Below are positions 42,234 to 56,770 of a stretch of 64,000 nt of DNA, piece by piece. This stretch comes from Eledone cirrhosa. Taxonomy: Eukaryota. The stretch is taken from contig OZ024740.1 of NCBI GenBank assembly GCA_964016885.1, positions 309,628,001 through 309,692,000 of the forward strand, written 5' to 3'. The stretch's first letter is position 1; every line of letters begins with the position of its first letter. The translations under genes and the position numbers were made by a program. The notes under the pieces are model-generated. The model was not told the origin of the DNA. It ran no database searches and saw nothing but the letters and a program-made list of their open reading frames with translations.

Positions 42234-42388
42234 TTATCAATTTTATTTATTGTTATTAACGTTCAACATAAAAACAAACCTCCTCACACACACACAGACA
42301 CACACACATATATATATATAGTTAATAAAGAAAACACGGGAGGCAATTTTACAGTTATATTAAGTTCACGCTTGGTGGAAGTGGATAT

Positions 42389-42446
<58 letters not shown>

Positions 42447-42460
42447 CTGTTTCTACTTTA

Positions 42461-42489
<29 letters not shown>

Positions 42490-42493
<4 letters not shown>

Positions 42494-42836
42494 CATTAAG
42501 AAAGATGCTAATGTTACATACATCGTTTATTCATAATATTTCAACGGTTCTTTCAAACAATCAAGATGTAATCCATGCATTTGTTGTTATGAAAACGGTA
42601 TCTTCAGATGAAATTCGATTTTGTGATATGCCGGCGGCAGAAAACACGTCCTTCTGCCGTGTGCACGAGCAGAAGGACGTGTTTTCTGCCGCCGGCATAT
42701 CACAAAATCGAATTTCATCTGAAGATACCGTTTTCATAACAACAAATGCATGGATTACATCTTGATTGTTTGAAAGAACCGTTGAAATATTATGAATAAA
42801 CGATTTGTGTAACATCAGCATCTTTCTTAATGTTAT
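42490..42836. repeat. 347-bp near-perfect palindrome (fold-back element)
   Basis: Arms of about 170 bp with only about 3 mismatches near the ends and essentially no spacer (centre cgtgtgcacg near 42663). Confidence 0.95.
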
Positions 42837-43032
42837 TATTATACTCAATCTCAATCAAATTACTTTGCCTTTCATCCTTACGGTGTCGATAAAATAAAGT
42901 ACCAGTAATGCACTGGGTCATTGCTGGCGTTGTGCCTAAATTAGAAACAATTATTATACTCAATCTCCATCGTAACTACAAACTACGAATGATGAGAGCT
43001 TTCTCCTTCCTGCTCCTGTTTCAATCTCTTCG

Positions 43033-43100
<68 letters not shown>

Positions 43101-43242
43101 CATTGAAACCACTGGAGGCCGGACTGGGAGATGCTTTAGAGTTTTATTGCTGAAAAAAAAAAACACTGTATATATTTCAATGACCTGGTTGCGTTAGACC
43201 CTGGATTGTATAATTAGTTAATCAATAAAAGGAATTACGCCA

Positions 43243-43720
43243 AAACAAACAAAGTAGAGAAAATAGAGAAAATATTTGATTCAGAGATGGCCCGTAAAAT
43301 CAGTGTTATTGTTGCGGCAGACCATCTTCAAACAACAAACTCATCAATGCTAAGCATTGTTGGTTTGGTAGGCGCGATCAAGGAGGGTGGGGTTGTGTGG
43401 TGACGACCGAAATTCTGCTGTTAATGAGAACCAAACGGTCAGCTGACAAAAAGGTTAGCGGTACTAAACTTTGTGTAATTATACCCTGACCGAAAACCAC
43501 CTTATCCTGACGGCGAAGAAAATCAAATTAAAGGAGATATGTGTCATGAAATTCAAGAGGAGTATGCAAAGTTATACAATGTTATAAACATTTATGAAAA
43601 GTTGGGTTGAATGTCGCGTTAAATAAATGAAGACAAATGAATTACGAAACATACATTAAAGAAAAAATACGGGCCATCTCCAAATCAAATATTTTCTCTA
43701 TTTTCTATATTCTCTGTTTG
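43243..43720. repeat. Degenerate MITE-like inverted repeat
   Basis: agaaaatagagaaaatatttgatt..gagatggcccgta versus tacgggccatctc..aatcaaatattttctctattttct. Confidence 0.6.
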
Positions 43721-43849
43721 TGTTAGTATTAACATCAATTTTTATAGTTAGGCTAAAATAAAATAAAAATATGTAGCTACTTCCTTTCAAAGGCTATGCA
43801 AAAACTCCAAAATGGGGCTCTTAGAGCTCCTCGGGTATAATTGGGTTAA

Positions 43850-44520
43850 TTAAGTCTTCCTCAAAATTGCCCAACAACATACTATGTGATGGGCTCCGGT
43901 AAGTTTTAAATCCATACTTATTTGAAGGTCGTTTGTTCTTAGGTTGCTTCATTTCATTTTTCTTATCTAGTAAAATGTTTATCATCTTATCTTTCTTATC
44001 AATAAGTTAAGAAATTTTAAGTATGTTTTATTATGCGGCATTGGTATATTCTTTCGGGACATTGATAAATGATCTTTAGTTAACATCTTGACAGAATGAA
44101 AAATGTTCAACATGACAAAAGGAACAGGGATATATATATACATAAGTGCATTATAATTAGAAATATCCACTTAATATATCTATATATGGAAAAGATCAGT
44201 GTATAAAAATCATCAGCAATTATATAAGTCGAAATATTCCAACGTGATGAAACATTGTGTAGAGTCAGGATAATTGAAGATAAAACTACTACTACTATAG
44301 AACATAATATAACAGAGAAAAATTAGTCAAAGATATATATCAAATTAAGAACATTTATTTTCTACATATGTTTCTATTGGTGCAGATAAGAATGCAATTA
44401 AGATCACAATTAACCTTACATATTTAGCATTACTATTTATTGCATTATCAATATAAACTACAATGATAATTCACTAAATTATCTACAAAATCTCTTCAGG
44501 AATGATACAAACTTGTTAAA
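43850..44520 (-). pseudogene. Possible decayed GPCR remnant (TM5-TM6)
   Basis: LMYIYIPVPFVMLNIFHSVKML (TM5-like), then IVCCWAI (CWxP-like) in the same frame. Confidence 0.3.
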
Positions 44521-44814
44521 AATATTTTGCCAGTTTATGTTGAAAATATATAACAAAAATTGTCTACAGAAAAACACATATAGTGAAAAGACAAAACAAA
44601 TTACTCATAGTAGAGAGTAAGTGATATAAATATTTTACAAGCCATAAATTATAAAATCTAAATTTACCAATTCAATGTTACCGAAAACAACAAAACAAAA
44701 CAAAAAAAAAAACAGAAAAAAAACCAAAAACATTACGACTCCGTTGCATGGAGTGAAATAACGGCAGAAATATTGATAATAATAATAAAAATAAAAATAA
44801 AAGATAAATAATGA

Positions 44815-44982
44815 TAATTGTTTCTACATTTGACACAAGGCCAGCAATTACCCAGTTCATTACTGGTACTTTATTTTATCGACCCCGTAAGGATGAAAGG
44901 CAAAGTTAACCTCGACGGGATTTGAACTCAGACCGTAAAGGGACATAACTATGCTGGAAAGCATGGCGTCCGACCCTCTACC
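44815..44982 (-). mobile_element. tRNA-derived SINE
   Basis: Reverse complement of family motifs. Confidence 0.85.
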
Positions 44983-45146
44983 GTTAATCAAGACGGACAT
45001 ATATACACACAGACACATATACAAACACGAAGACGCACTCGGAAAATACCTGGTGGTAACTGTCCTAGAGAACTCGACAAAGATAAATCATTTAACTAGA
45101 ATAGAGTGAATGGGGAGTCACGTAATATTACAAGTTTCATATACAA

Positions 45147-45769
45147 TCAATATATATAAAACTGAGGATGTCTGTGTATGTGTGTCTGTGAGTTTGAATC
45201 CCTAAAACTCGAGAAGTACCCAACCGAATTTGTTCAAACTTTACACGTGCATTACTTGTTTCAGGGAGAGTTATGCACATAAAAAATTCAACTTTTTGAT
45301 CTCCTAGGTGAAAAACTGCGTTTTTCAGTTTTTAGGGGATATTTGAGGCGTTACCTCAGACCGATTTCCTTGTAATTGTAACTATGTATTAGTCAGTCTC
45401 TTCTTCATACCGTGAGCAAAGAAAATCCAACTTTTTTATGGCCTAGGGCCCGCATTAGGTGAAAAACTTCATTTTTTCAGCTTTTTAGGACTTTTTGAGG
45501 CGTTACGTCTAGCTGATTTTCTCGAAATTTCAAGGCATATTATGCACATAAAAAAATTTATTTTCTTGATCCCCTAGGGCCTGCATTAGGTGAAAACCTG
45601 CATTTTTCCTGCTTCATCGAGTAAAATCTTAAAGATTATCCAGCCATCAGAGTATTCGGTTTATTTTCTTTACATATTGTCCAGTCATGCAGTTTTTCCA
45701 CGACTAGGTCTGTTGGCGTCCCGCGTTCCAAAATACCTTATCTCGTGCAACGCCGGGTACCAATGCTAG
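45147..45769 (+). mobile_element. Non-autonomous Helitron
   Basis: 5' TC..tatatataaaactg with a gtctgtgt microsatellite, internal repeats of about 150 bp, 3' hairpin cgtgcaacgccggg plus CTAG. Confidence 0.7.
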
Positions 45770-47076
45770 CATAATATAAAATATATATTTCATAATACAT
45801 AATACACAAAGTTTATATCTTAACACATAATTATAAAAGGCCCATATGCTAATCAGAGTGTAGAAGAACTTCCATGGAAATGTAAGGCATGGAATTGGGT
45901 TGCATGTATGGTGCAATATGTATTTTACAGAGCAGTGTGCAAAATTATATAATTTGACGATATTATAGTAAAATGTACTATATAACATAACATATAATGT
46001 ATAATATATAATAATAGAATACAATACAATACAATACAATACAGAACATAACTAAGATAAAAGAGTATCGTGTTGATTTGTTGATTCACAGATACATCAG
46101 CTATGCTCGATCGCGTCGAGATTAAGTGGCGGGATCGGTTCAAGCAGGTTACCACTGCTTAGGGTGGTGGTTCCTTTGATCATATTCGTCGGTATCTCTG
46201 CCAGTCAATAGTGTTCAAAATTGTACATCACTTGAAGTCGAGGATAGTTTGGGTTTTCCTTCTAATCTTCATCTCATCGTGGAAAGTGAGGAATATTTTA
46301 TGTTCTATATTATAACTATAACAAGAAGTATGTTACCCAGAATGGATTTCTTAGCGTAGTAAATGTAATGGGGTTAGAGCCCCCCTTCCTCATTACATTA
46401 GAAAGCGCTCAACATTATTCAGTCTTTTGTCATATGATTTAACTAATGGGTAGATCTTGTTATTCCAATTATCAGACCGTGATGCAATAAGCAAAAATTA
46501 TATTAATATTAAAATTATTCACTTTTCAGAAATTATTCACTTTTTATAACGTTTTTTGAGAATTTCTGGCAGCCATATTTATATTAATGTATGGGTTTCT
46601 GGAGAGTTTAAATTAGATGTTTTAAGTCAGAAATGCAAACTGATTTATTTTTATAACTTATAATTTCTAGCCTGAAATATCATGATAGGTATAATATTTG
46701 TTTGCGTAAGAAATAATATATAGGGTCTCTAGAGAAATATAGTATTGTTTCTGTTGTTCACAAATATTCATATCAAATACATGTTTGAACAAAGGAAATA
46801 TTTTCGTGTCTGTTACTTCAATAAACGATTCCGGAATTCATATAAATTTTTGCTTTACATATTTTTCAAACGTGAATAGACAGAATATATATGACACATA
46901 TTTAAGAAATTGATTTAATGAACATAATCATAGACGTAGACTACGCATATGAGACAGGAAGATAATTATTTGAAATTATGCTTGCCAATAAATCAATGAA
47001 TAATGATAGGAAAATGTAAAATTAGTAATTTAATTGGGAAGACTTTCTTCTAACCTATCTCTCTTGCATCCTCCCT

Positions 47077-47136
<60 letters not shown>

Positions 47137-47577
47137 TTATTTCTATCAATAGTTTATACAAACTCACTCATTCACTACCCTCTACTTTAATGCCAAAAGC
47201 TATATGGAACCTCAAATATACAAACTATCAAATGTTCGATCAAATAGGACCCTCACCAAAATAAAATTCCTTGTAGCTAATTATTAAAATTAAACATACT
47301 AACACTGTTGAATTCTGAAATAGGTCTCTGCACTGCGAAAAATATTATAATTAGGAATTGTAAGACTTCCATTGAAAGCTGCAACAATTAACCCATTGTT
47401 TGCACTACCACCCAGTAACGCACTGAGGCCAATTTAATCAACTTTTCCCTCCCCCAAAATTGTTGGCCTTGTGATTAAATCATATGCTAATAAATGAATG
47501 GGAAATTAACATCAATTCTAATAGAAACTCGGTAACATTTTAAATGTTATTAAAGCTACAATATATCAATTTTAAAT

Positions 47578-48260
47578 GTGGAAAATCTGACAGGAAATAT
47601 ATATATTATAATAATTCCAAACAATGACGTTGCAATTCTATGTATCATTTTACAGAATTTTATTTTATTGAATTTTGTTCAGAATTTGAAGCATAAGATA
47701 ATTATTTTCCCAAACAAGGATTTTTTCCAATCTCGAATCAAAGATTGGAAAATAAACCTATTACAAGCCTAACTTGTCGAGCTGTTAACAATGTAGATAA
47801 TGGTTTTGATTTGAGTCCAATAACTTTTCAATTTGTAAGTTATCTTTTAAAAGCTGTATGAATTTAATCTGCAATTTATAACTGAAATTCCAAACTTTTG
47901 TAAAAGCAAGCATAATCAATAGAGTCAACATGTCGAAAATATTGAAACCAAAAGTTATTGTACGTTCAAACAGTATCAGGTGGAAGAAGTACGGATATGC
48001 ACAGGGCTTTTATGACCTCTAGCTTTATAATTGATACTGATAAGTATTCAACATCTTATTTCCGATCTTTTAAAATTTCGCACGTCAGGTATACTACAAT
48101 AGTAAAAGCGGCAGAAACAAGTGATAATATGGATATTATTAGGAAGTAAGTTATCATATGCTTTTATAATATTCACGCAATATAATCTATCAAATTATAA
48201 CTATAGCAGAAAATATCCCAACTGATAATACTGCATCAATTTCAAAATTACCTGTAGAGA
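47578..48260 (+). pseudogene. Decayed class A GPCR-like remnant (TM1 to ECL2)
   Basis: TM1-like FILLNFVQNL. One continuous frame reads SYCTFKQY...LILISIQHLIS..FR..IL**..QVIIWILLG..YC, matching the TM3 Cys, the ERY region, the TM4 Trp and the ECL2 Cys. Confidence 0.45.
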
Positions 48261-49124
48261 TAGCGAACGCTCTTATACAAAATCTAATTTCCACGAGAGT
48301 AGAAACTGTGACACGCTTAAAATTCTACATCGAAGCAATTTCTCTTAATCGCATTCCTTTGAGATAACGTGACAACAACATTAACCAATTTTCTACCATC
48401 TACGTTTTAGTCTCTGTGGCTAATCTAAATAATTGCTTTAGTGATATAACGATTGACTGTATAAAGTACTGTTTTTACATAAGAAACTCACTATTGCAGC
48501 TCATGTGCATGCAGTTTCTACCAAAAATTGGATTGTATTAATTTCCAAAGCACTAAATGAAAAAAAAAAAAAAAAAAAGAGGGAATTGTTTCAGAGGAAA
48601 AGAAGAAAAAGTGCAAAAAAAATAGAAATAAGATAGAGGAGAGAAAAGCGAGAAAGAAAGAAACACTTGTGAAAAAAAATCAGACATGTGATAGAAAATA
48701 TATAACTATATATATGATTGGCAGGGTCTGTAATGGTCCGAACAAAATGATTTTGCATTCCTCTTGGTCGCTTACTGTCACGTCATGGAGGTTGCCCCGG
48801 TTCAATGTTGGGAACTGTAAGACGTCGGATGTCTGTTCCAAGCGACAACGGCAACTAAATCAATAAGCAGAAGCATATCACAAGCTTGTCATTTTATTAG
48901 CTATTCTTCTTCGATTGCGAGTAACGCCCATCTCATGTTTAACATTTTGCAAAAAAAACAAAACAAAGCGTAATGCAATGTACAATTCACACTTATTTTC
49001 TCTAATATACGTGAAGTCCGATTCAACATGCTCCTATGACCCATATAACTCCATTATTCCTCACTAAAGCGAAAACATAATATCACATTCCATTTAGAGG
49101 CATAAGTCTCCATTATTATACATA

Positions 49125-49640
49125 GGCGGTGGATTGGCAGTATCGGTAGAAAGTCAGACACCATGTTTTGCAGCATAAAGTTACGGCCCTTTAGGTTCTG
49201 AGTTCAAATCCCGCTGAGGTTAACTTTGCCTTTCATCCGTACGGGGTCGATAAAATAAAGTACCAGTCACTACTGGGGTCGATTTAATCGACTTTCCCCT
49301 CCCCCAAAATTGCTGGCCTTGTGCCTATATAAGAAACAATTATTATACATAGGCGGTAGAGCATCAAACACCATGCTTTGCAACATAGAGTTATGGCACC
49401 TTTACGTTCTGAGTTCAAATCCCGCCGAGGTTAACTTTGACTTTCATCCTTACGGGGGTCGATAAAATAAATGAACAGTAATGCACTGGGGTAATTGTTG
49501 GCCTTGTGCCCAAAGTAGAAACAATTATTCAAATCCCGCCGAGGTTAACTTTGCCTTTCATCCTTACGGGGTCGATAGAATAAAGTACCAGTAATGCAAT
49601 GGGTAATTGCTGGCCTTGTGCCAAAAGTAGAAACAATTAT
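49125..49640 (+). mobile_element. Tandem array of three SINE copies (long-tail, short-tail, truncated)
   Basis: Family motifs repeated; tatacataggcggt precedes two of the copies. Confidence 0.88.
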
Positions 49641-50329
49641 TATACATTGTCCATTTCTATTCTCTGGTCTACAATCTTAACTATGTTTGCGCATATGTAG
49701 ATTCAACTTTCTCCAGCATCGCTTTTTCAACTTGGTCGTTTTGTTTATCATGCTTGCAATTGGCATTTCCTACTTATCCAAGCAAATACACCCAATCTAC
49801 CACATTCCGAATTAATTGTATTTTCAACAATGTTTCGACCATCTTCCAGCATCGATGGTATTTACATATTTTTGGTGTCTGCACTCATATATATATATAT
49901 ATATATATTGGTGCTACCAGTGGACAAAAACAATATTTTGCAAACATCCACGCTCTATAGTAAGTATAATACTTTCATTAGCTACACTTAATATCTATAT
50001 CAACGCTAATGTATTCAACTTCTCTATATACAAAGATGAGTTTAGTAGTTATATTGTTTACAGATTACGCTGTATATTCCAGTATAGTAATAGGACTAGA
50101 CGTGTTATCCTATTGCTAAAAACCTACTATAACGTGAAAGTAGAGCCAGTTATATACACATAAAGCAGTTGACCGAATTATATATAAATTGTAAAACGTT
50201 GAATTGAAATAGAAATAAATTACATAGGTGTAAAATCATTTTCTAAGAGAATAATGGTAAAGCTCTATTATACATTCGAATCAATTGGCAGGACTAACAT
50301 ATTGAAAGCATTTATTTATATACTTTTTA

Positions 50330-50471
50330 CTGATTTCACGTAATGGGATGCTGTCATCCGTGACTAAAATTTCGAAGGATTTAGTTCATTAAATAGATTG
50401 CAGTGATTTGTCGGTTCATTAGTGCCACCTCTACTAACCAACAAAATAACTGAATAACCAACATTTTATGT

Positions 50472-50505
<34 letters not shown>

Positions 50506-50656
50506 GTATGCAAGATAAGGTGTAGGTTTTCATTTTTTGTAGGTAGCTATACGGTATTGTAATGTACACTGGATATAAGAAACAAAATGAGTGTACAGTA
50601 ATAGCGCATTGATTAACATGACAATGTAAAGCATGATTTTCATTTAGGATTAACAC
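50330..50656 (-). pseudogene. Decayed GPCR-like remnant (TM5-ICL3-TM6)
   Basis: ORF track: HSFCFLYPVYITIPYSYLQKMKT...KMLVIQLFCWLV. Confidence 0.4.
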
Positions 50657-50796
50657 GGGTTATTTCCCTTTTGTAAAATGTTTACTACCAGACAGAATTT
50701 GATGAAGACTTTCAAGGATTTATGAATTAAAACATTTTCAATTAATTCGAATAGTTTTCATTCATTTCAATTATGAAGCACATTACGTGCATAAAT

Positions 50797-50901
50797 AATT
50801 GTTTCTAATTTTGGCACAAGGCCAGCAATTACCGGTACTATATTTTATCGACCGAGTAAGGATGAAAGGCTAAGTTAATCTCGGCGAGATTTGAACTCAG
50901 A
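50797..50901 (-). mobile_element. Truncated SINE with an apparent target-site duplication
   Basis: cattacgtgcataaataat occurs on both sides (near 50781 and 50908). Confidence 0.75.
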
Positions 50902-52739
50902 ATGACTCATTACGTGCATAAATAATATTCATAAGGTTCACGCCTGTCAGTATGAACTCCCTATACATCCTATATCATATGCTTTTCTGAATTAAAGTAA
51001 AACGAACATATTTTAAAGGTAAAACTGATAATTCACCTATCTATAGTACTTCGAAATATCTATCTTGTTCTTCACTGACATTTCAAATATGTTAAATATA
51101 ATGTTTTGTATTCGTTGTTCGTGTTTAGCAATAGATCACGTGTGATTAAACATATATAAGATATAAGTTCTATCCGTTCTCAGGTATTTCTAAACATATT
51201 TTATTTAAGAACACATCGTTCAATAGGTCTTAATTTCCATACGGCAGCATTATATCTCCTATAAATATCCCTGACTACTTGATATACTACTACGTACTGT
51301 ATTCGTTAAATATTCATTCAATATTTGACGTATCTGTGGCAATTTTTGTAAAACACTTTGGAGAGAGTAGATATAATGTTAATCGATATAAAACAAGTTG
51401 CTACGAAAGAATATTTGATGAATGAAATTTCAGTATAAGATTATGAGAAATGAAAGATGAAATAAATAAAGGGTACATTAAATTACATAGATAATGACTG
51501 TTGGAAATTACTGAAATGACTTGTTCGACACAGAAAGAGACGGTAATACGAAGTCAAATTAACGACGCAACAGAATAGTTTGTTGTCATTGATATTTGAG
51601 TAAGAGTCTAATAATTACCGATTTGTAATTCCCAATTGAAGGCATTGTAATTAAATACTACTTTAGATTGTATGCAACACTACTATAAATATTAAATCAA
51701 CTACCTTTTGTGTTATTACAATTCTTTCTGTTAGCTCGATCACTAGTATATGTCAATCCTAAATTTCATTCAGGTTGACCTATCTTTGCTATTAGAAGTT
51801 ACTGTTCAGATCATTTTAAAATGTATATGCTTATTTAGATGGCATTGTGACCATGTGCACAAATACAAACGTATCAATCATTCTCATAACATCATTTATA
51901 ATGACATATCATTTTTAATAAAAAATAACAACATAATTTTATACTTGAACATAACAATCTATAATCAAGTTAACAAGATAGATATTATCTTTGAATGCAT
52001 TCGGCCATTTTACTTTTCTCCCACTATCCTTTCTTTCAAGAGATTTATATTTTACTTTCTAAAATAACCATTCTGCAGCTTACCTTATACATTTATTACC
52101 CGTTTTGTCTCTTTTGTATTTCCATTCCATTATCCTAATCATATGTTTGCATCAGTATAGTAGGTGTTTTTGCCTGAATTAGAATTCTCTATTTGTTTAT
52201 GTTTATTTATACTTCACTGTCTTTTCCTACTAATTTCTAACACATCTAATGTATGGTATTTTAATCCTTATTTTTAATACCACTTCTTTTGTAAATTTCA
52301 AAATTTCTTTTGTTTTACTGATTTCCTCCTAACATTCTCTATTTCCTGACTTTCTCTCGATACTGTGTCCGTCTGTATATTTCTGTTGTGGTCAACTACA
52401 CCCTTTCTGTCTTTTCTATACGTACATTAAACAATTTCATTTAAATAATATATGTATCTATCAATATATTTCAACACCACCTACTAATATATGCACACAT
52501 CTCTTGTTTCCTGCTATTGTTTTCTTTATTCTTATACTAAAACCTACATTAAATTGTTTGTTTTTTGTGAATATAACATTATTAAATTTCTTACCGAAGA
52601 AATGTCAAACTCCATGAAGATTCATTTTAATAATTTCATTTAAAAATTAAATTGTTCAAGATTCACCATGAGGGGTTCTTTGTTATTCCATAGAATTATA
52701 TACTAGAGAGGAATATTTTGTATGTGTGCCAACCAACGT

Positions 52740-52910
52740 AACTTTCAACTTTCTGTCATTGTATTAAACATAAAGAGTAACGTAAGAATCCAACCGGCTA
52801 CAATTCCAAATTGTAATCAGATATGCCTTGCCACATTGCAAGATAAAATATCGAATGGAAAGCCTGAAAATGAACAGTGACATATTCGATTCTAACTGAT
52901 AGTAAAAATA
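52740..52910 (-). pseudogene. Possible decayed GPCR remnant (TM3-TM4)
   Basis: SNMSLFIFRLSIRYFI, then after a frameshift GIVAGWILTLLFMF. Confidence 0.3.
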
Positions 52911-54160
52911 CCGAACTTTTTCTTGAAGAAGAGAATTGATCATTGGATTATGGCTGGATTATGACAGGTAGATGCTCTCAATATATTTGATAAGATCATG
53001 AGGTAAAATTCAAAAAGATGAGTCTAAATTAACATAAAATATGGTGTTATTTTGTATATATAGAACCAACGCTAACGTTTAATTAACACTCAACATACTC
53101 TAAAAATATTTCAAACAACTGGGTTGTGAGTAGTAATTAATTCTTCAGTATTTTTTAAATTTTAATGTTTATGTAGAAGAGGTTCAATAATCACAAAATT
53201 TCAAAATTTCAAATGTAAACAAAACAGTTAAAACAAATCTTCGTTATCACATTAATTTATCTTACTTTTTATTGAATATCATGTTGACCTCTCTTATGGC
53301 AGATGAACCAACGACATGATGTTTATTTACTTACCAGTAGTTCATCAGATATTTAGCGAAGCAACATACTTAGGGTAAAAACATCTAGTTAGATATCACA
53401 CCCATTTTTTTTCATATCTGTCCAAAAATTCTTAGCGTGTTTTCTTCCAATTAGACCTCACCACTCTATTCTGTACAACAGAAAAGGAGGGGATTTCACG
53501 GAAAAATTCACATCCGATTTCAAGTAAGCGCTCGACTAGGATTACTACTCGGAGTAAAATATACTAATAAATTTACGAAATCTCACTACATATCTAAGTA
53601 CGGTTTATTTCTTTTAATCCAGTTAGTAAAATAAGTTGGATTACTTTGAATAAATAATGAATGAATATTACATAATTTATGTGCTAAATTTTGTAAACAA
53701 ATAATTTCGTAAAATTAAATAATCTAAAATTGACTTCTTTTCAAAGTTGCACTTACGGTATATCGTCATCACCACCATCACCACTTCAACTACCATATAT
53801 ATATATAAAAAGAGAGTGTGTGATGAGAGAGATAGAGAGATTATGATTTTCTACACACTGACGCGTATGAGTGTGCACATACATACATCTATATCTATGA
53901 GTATATAACTATTATGAATATATAACTATAATGGCGCAAACACAAACTTATAAAAATACAAACTCACGAACATAATTCACACAAATACACATACATTCAC
54001 ACATACTTTCTCACAAACATACATACATCCACACATATACATTTACACAAACACAAACATACAGTCATAATAGCGTTCGGTTTAATTGGAAATGGGAGGG
54101 TAAAACAAGTATAACGTTTTGTTTATGTATTAACTCTTTATTTATTTATTAACTCTTTAA

Positions 54161-54560
54161 CTAGCAGAAAACCACCCTTAGGGTGGTTTTCTGATTGCTT
54201 GTGTAGTGTGTATATTGATATAATAAGCAAGTATATATACATGTAGATATGATACATCAAATAAAACCGTAATTGACAATAAACACAGAAATTGAACGAA
54301 GACTGTGTTACACTGTCTTCTATAATCAGTAACGTAATCCATGATTAAAAAAAGACGATATTATATATCTGCTAGCATGTGTAGTGTGTATATTGATATT
54401 ATACGCAAGTATATATGTATGTAGATATGATCAAATAAAATCGTAATTGACAACATACACAGAAATTGAACGAAGACTGTGTTACACTGTCTTATGTAAT
54501 CAGTAACGTAATCCATGATGCATTAAAAAAAGACGATATTATATATAAACTGCATTAGGA
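54161..54560 (-). mobile_element. Helitron/HINE-like element with an internal tandem duplication of about 180 bp
   Basis: Terminal hairpin cagaaaaccaccc(tta)gggtggttttctg next to CTAG; related to 55750-55954 in inverted orientation. Confidence 0.55.
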
Positions 54561-54922
54561 GAAAATTAGTGACAGAAATATATGAATATTTATTTATACG
54601 ATCGCTAACCGGAAGTGTTGACATTTGAACATTTTAAAGAAGTGAATCTTTAAATAAGTAATAAAATATATTTAATGAACAGCCACGAAATTTAGTAGAT
54701 AAATTATGTAATATTCATTAATTATTTATTCAAAGTAATCCAACTTATTTTACCAAGGGGATAAACAATTATAAACCGTATGCAGTCCCGCGTTTCTTAC
54801 TTTATTATAGTTTAGATTAAGCACTGTTGTACGGCATTGATTAGATATATATAAATGTAATAGCATATAAATTATGTCTGATGTACCCCCCCCCCCCCCA
54901 ACACACAGACACACACAGAGAG

Positions 54923-54976
<54 letters not shown>

Positions 54977-55153
54977 ATATATATTTATATATATACATAT
55001 ATACACACACATATACATACCACACCACACACAAATCATCTTCCGAAATGAGTGAAGCTATTATTAATAGTCCACTATCCAGGAAGCTCCAACCGTTAAG
55101 GTTGTCTTTTTTCAGGGTATGTCAATACTTATTTATAAAACTAATCTGTATTG

Positions 55154-55219
55154 TATTTTATCTGATGAAAGTGCACCATAATTTGCCTTGGTGGCCCTTG
55201 AAATATGTATAATAAAATA
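55154..55219 (+). ncRNA. Minimal type I hammerhead ribozyme (same family as 40965)
   Basis: tattttat-CTGATGA-aagtgcacca(taatttgcct)tggtggccctt-GAAA-t(atgt)a-TA-ataaaata. Confidence 0.8.
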
Positions 55220-55351
55220 AATGTGGTTTTATAAATATAGTTTCCATTTGTTAATATATTGTATGTTTACTCCACTAAGCTGTTGAGTGCTTTATATCAG
55301 TTATAAACATTTTTTAAGCTTGTTGAATCCCAACAAATTAAATATAACCTC

Positions 55352-55397
<46 letters not shown>

Positions 55398-55557
55398 TAC
55401 ATACCGCACACAAATCGTCTTCCGAGGTTATCGAAGCTATTATTAATCCTCCCCGGATGAAGTAACTTGCAAATTCTTCGTAATTCTTGAAATACAATTA
55501 TACATATAACGGACACACTCTCTAGAATATATATATTTGTGTGTGTGTGTGTGTGTG

Positions 55558-55626
<69 letters not shown>

Positions 55627-55749
55627 GGGGGAGGTAGATAGACAGGTAGGTTGACAGGTAGATAGATAGATCGATAGATCGATACCTAAATGTAATTCAT
55701 TCATTCATGAAGATTCATGAACATTTTCCGTCAACAGTTTCATCGCTTT

Positions 55750-55954
55750 TCCTTCTCCATTATCGCCTTTTTAAAAAAAATGTATCATGGATTACTTTAC
55801 TAATTACAGAAGTAAGTGTAACACAGTCTTTGTTCAGTTTATGTGCATATTGTCAATTTACGTATTATATCTATGTGTATATATATTTGCGTATATCAAT
55901 ATACACACTATGTATGCTAGCAGAAAACCGGCCGAAGGGCGGTTTTTCTGCTAG
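55750..55954 (+). mobile_element. Helitron/HINE-like element 3' part
   Basis: Ends with a gcagaaaaccggccgaagggcggtttttctg hairpin plus CTAG-T. Confidence 0.55.
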
Positions 55955-56519
55955 TACTAATAATTTATATATGTATATATATATATGTGTGTGTATATGT
56001 GTGTGGTTGCTTGTGTGTGTCTGTGTGTGCATCTGTGTGTGTGCGTGTATGCGTGTATAATGCTTATTAATATTGCAGGGTTACTTCTAAATTTCATCGA
56101 TACTACTGACGTCTTAATGTAGCGTAACTAAAATGGGCTTTTCCCGATATATTGTAATTTCGTCTAGGTGGGAACTAGTGAGTTGACTTAGTAAAGGCTA
56201 TTTTGTATTGGAGCAGCAGAAGTAGAGAAATTGTTTGATGTTAGACTACACAAAATGATGGAAACTGAGTACGTGAAGTTTTTTGTCACGTGCTTACTAA
56301 GCCGCGTATTAAATAAAGTAGTTATTTTATGAATTATTATACATTCAATTTATTAAACATTTGTTTTCAAGCTGGCGATTACCAGCAGGGTGAGTGTTGA
56401 AAACATATCTTATTTTTCCCTGTGTTATTTACTAGACAATGACCACTGAAGATCCATATGCGGATTCCAGAGTGTTATGCAACTGACTGATGGAATATGC
56501 ACCTATTTACGTAACTGAT

Positions 56520-56770
56520 TATAACAGTCTGGCATTGGTGAATGTGGCGCTAGTTTGGGTATATATTAATATTTTTTGCCATTTTTATTAATTGATTCGC
56601 TTATCAAATGGTTGATATTTGTTGCATTAATTTTATTGAAAAACCTAATTAATTTATTCAATAGTGCCACTACTCTAAAAAATCTGTATGATAGTACTTT
56701 GGTTCCTAAATTCATTTCAGTCAGCATTATCTGACCTGCTGTTGACACAGGTGCGCACAGCATTATGTGG
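56520..56770 (+). pseudogene. Possible decayed GPCR remnant (TM5-TM6)
   Basis: Y*YFLPFLLIDSLIKWLIFVAL ... KFISVSII*. Confidence 0.25.

Noticed and set aside
42505-42854. Mirror-image ORFs on both strands
   Set aside because: A consequence of the palindrome; no protein signal.
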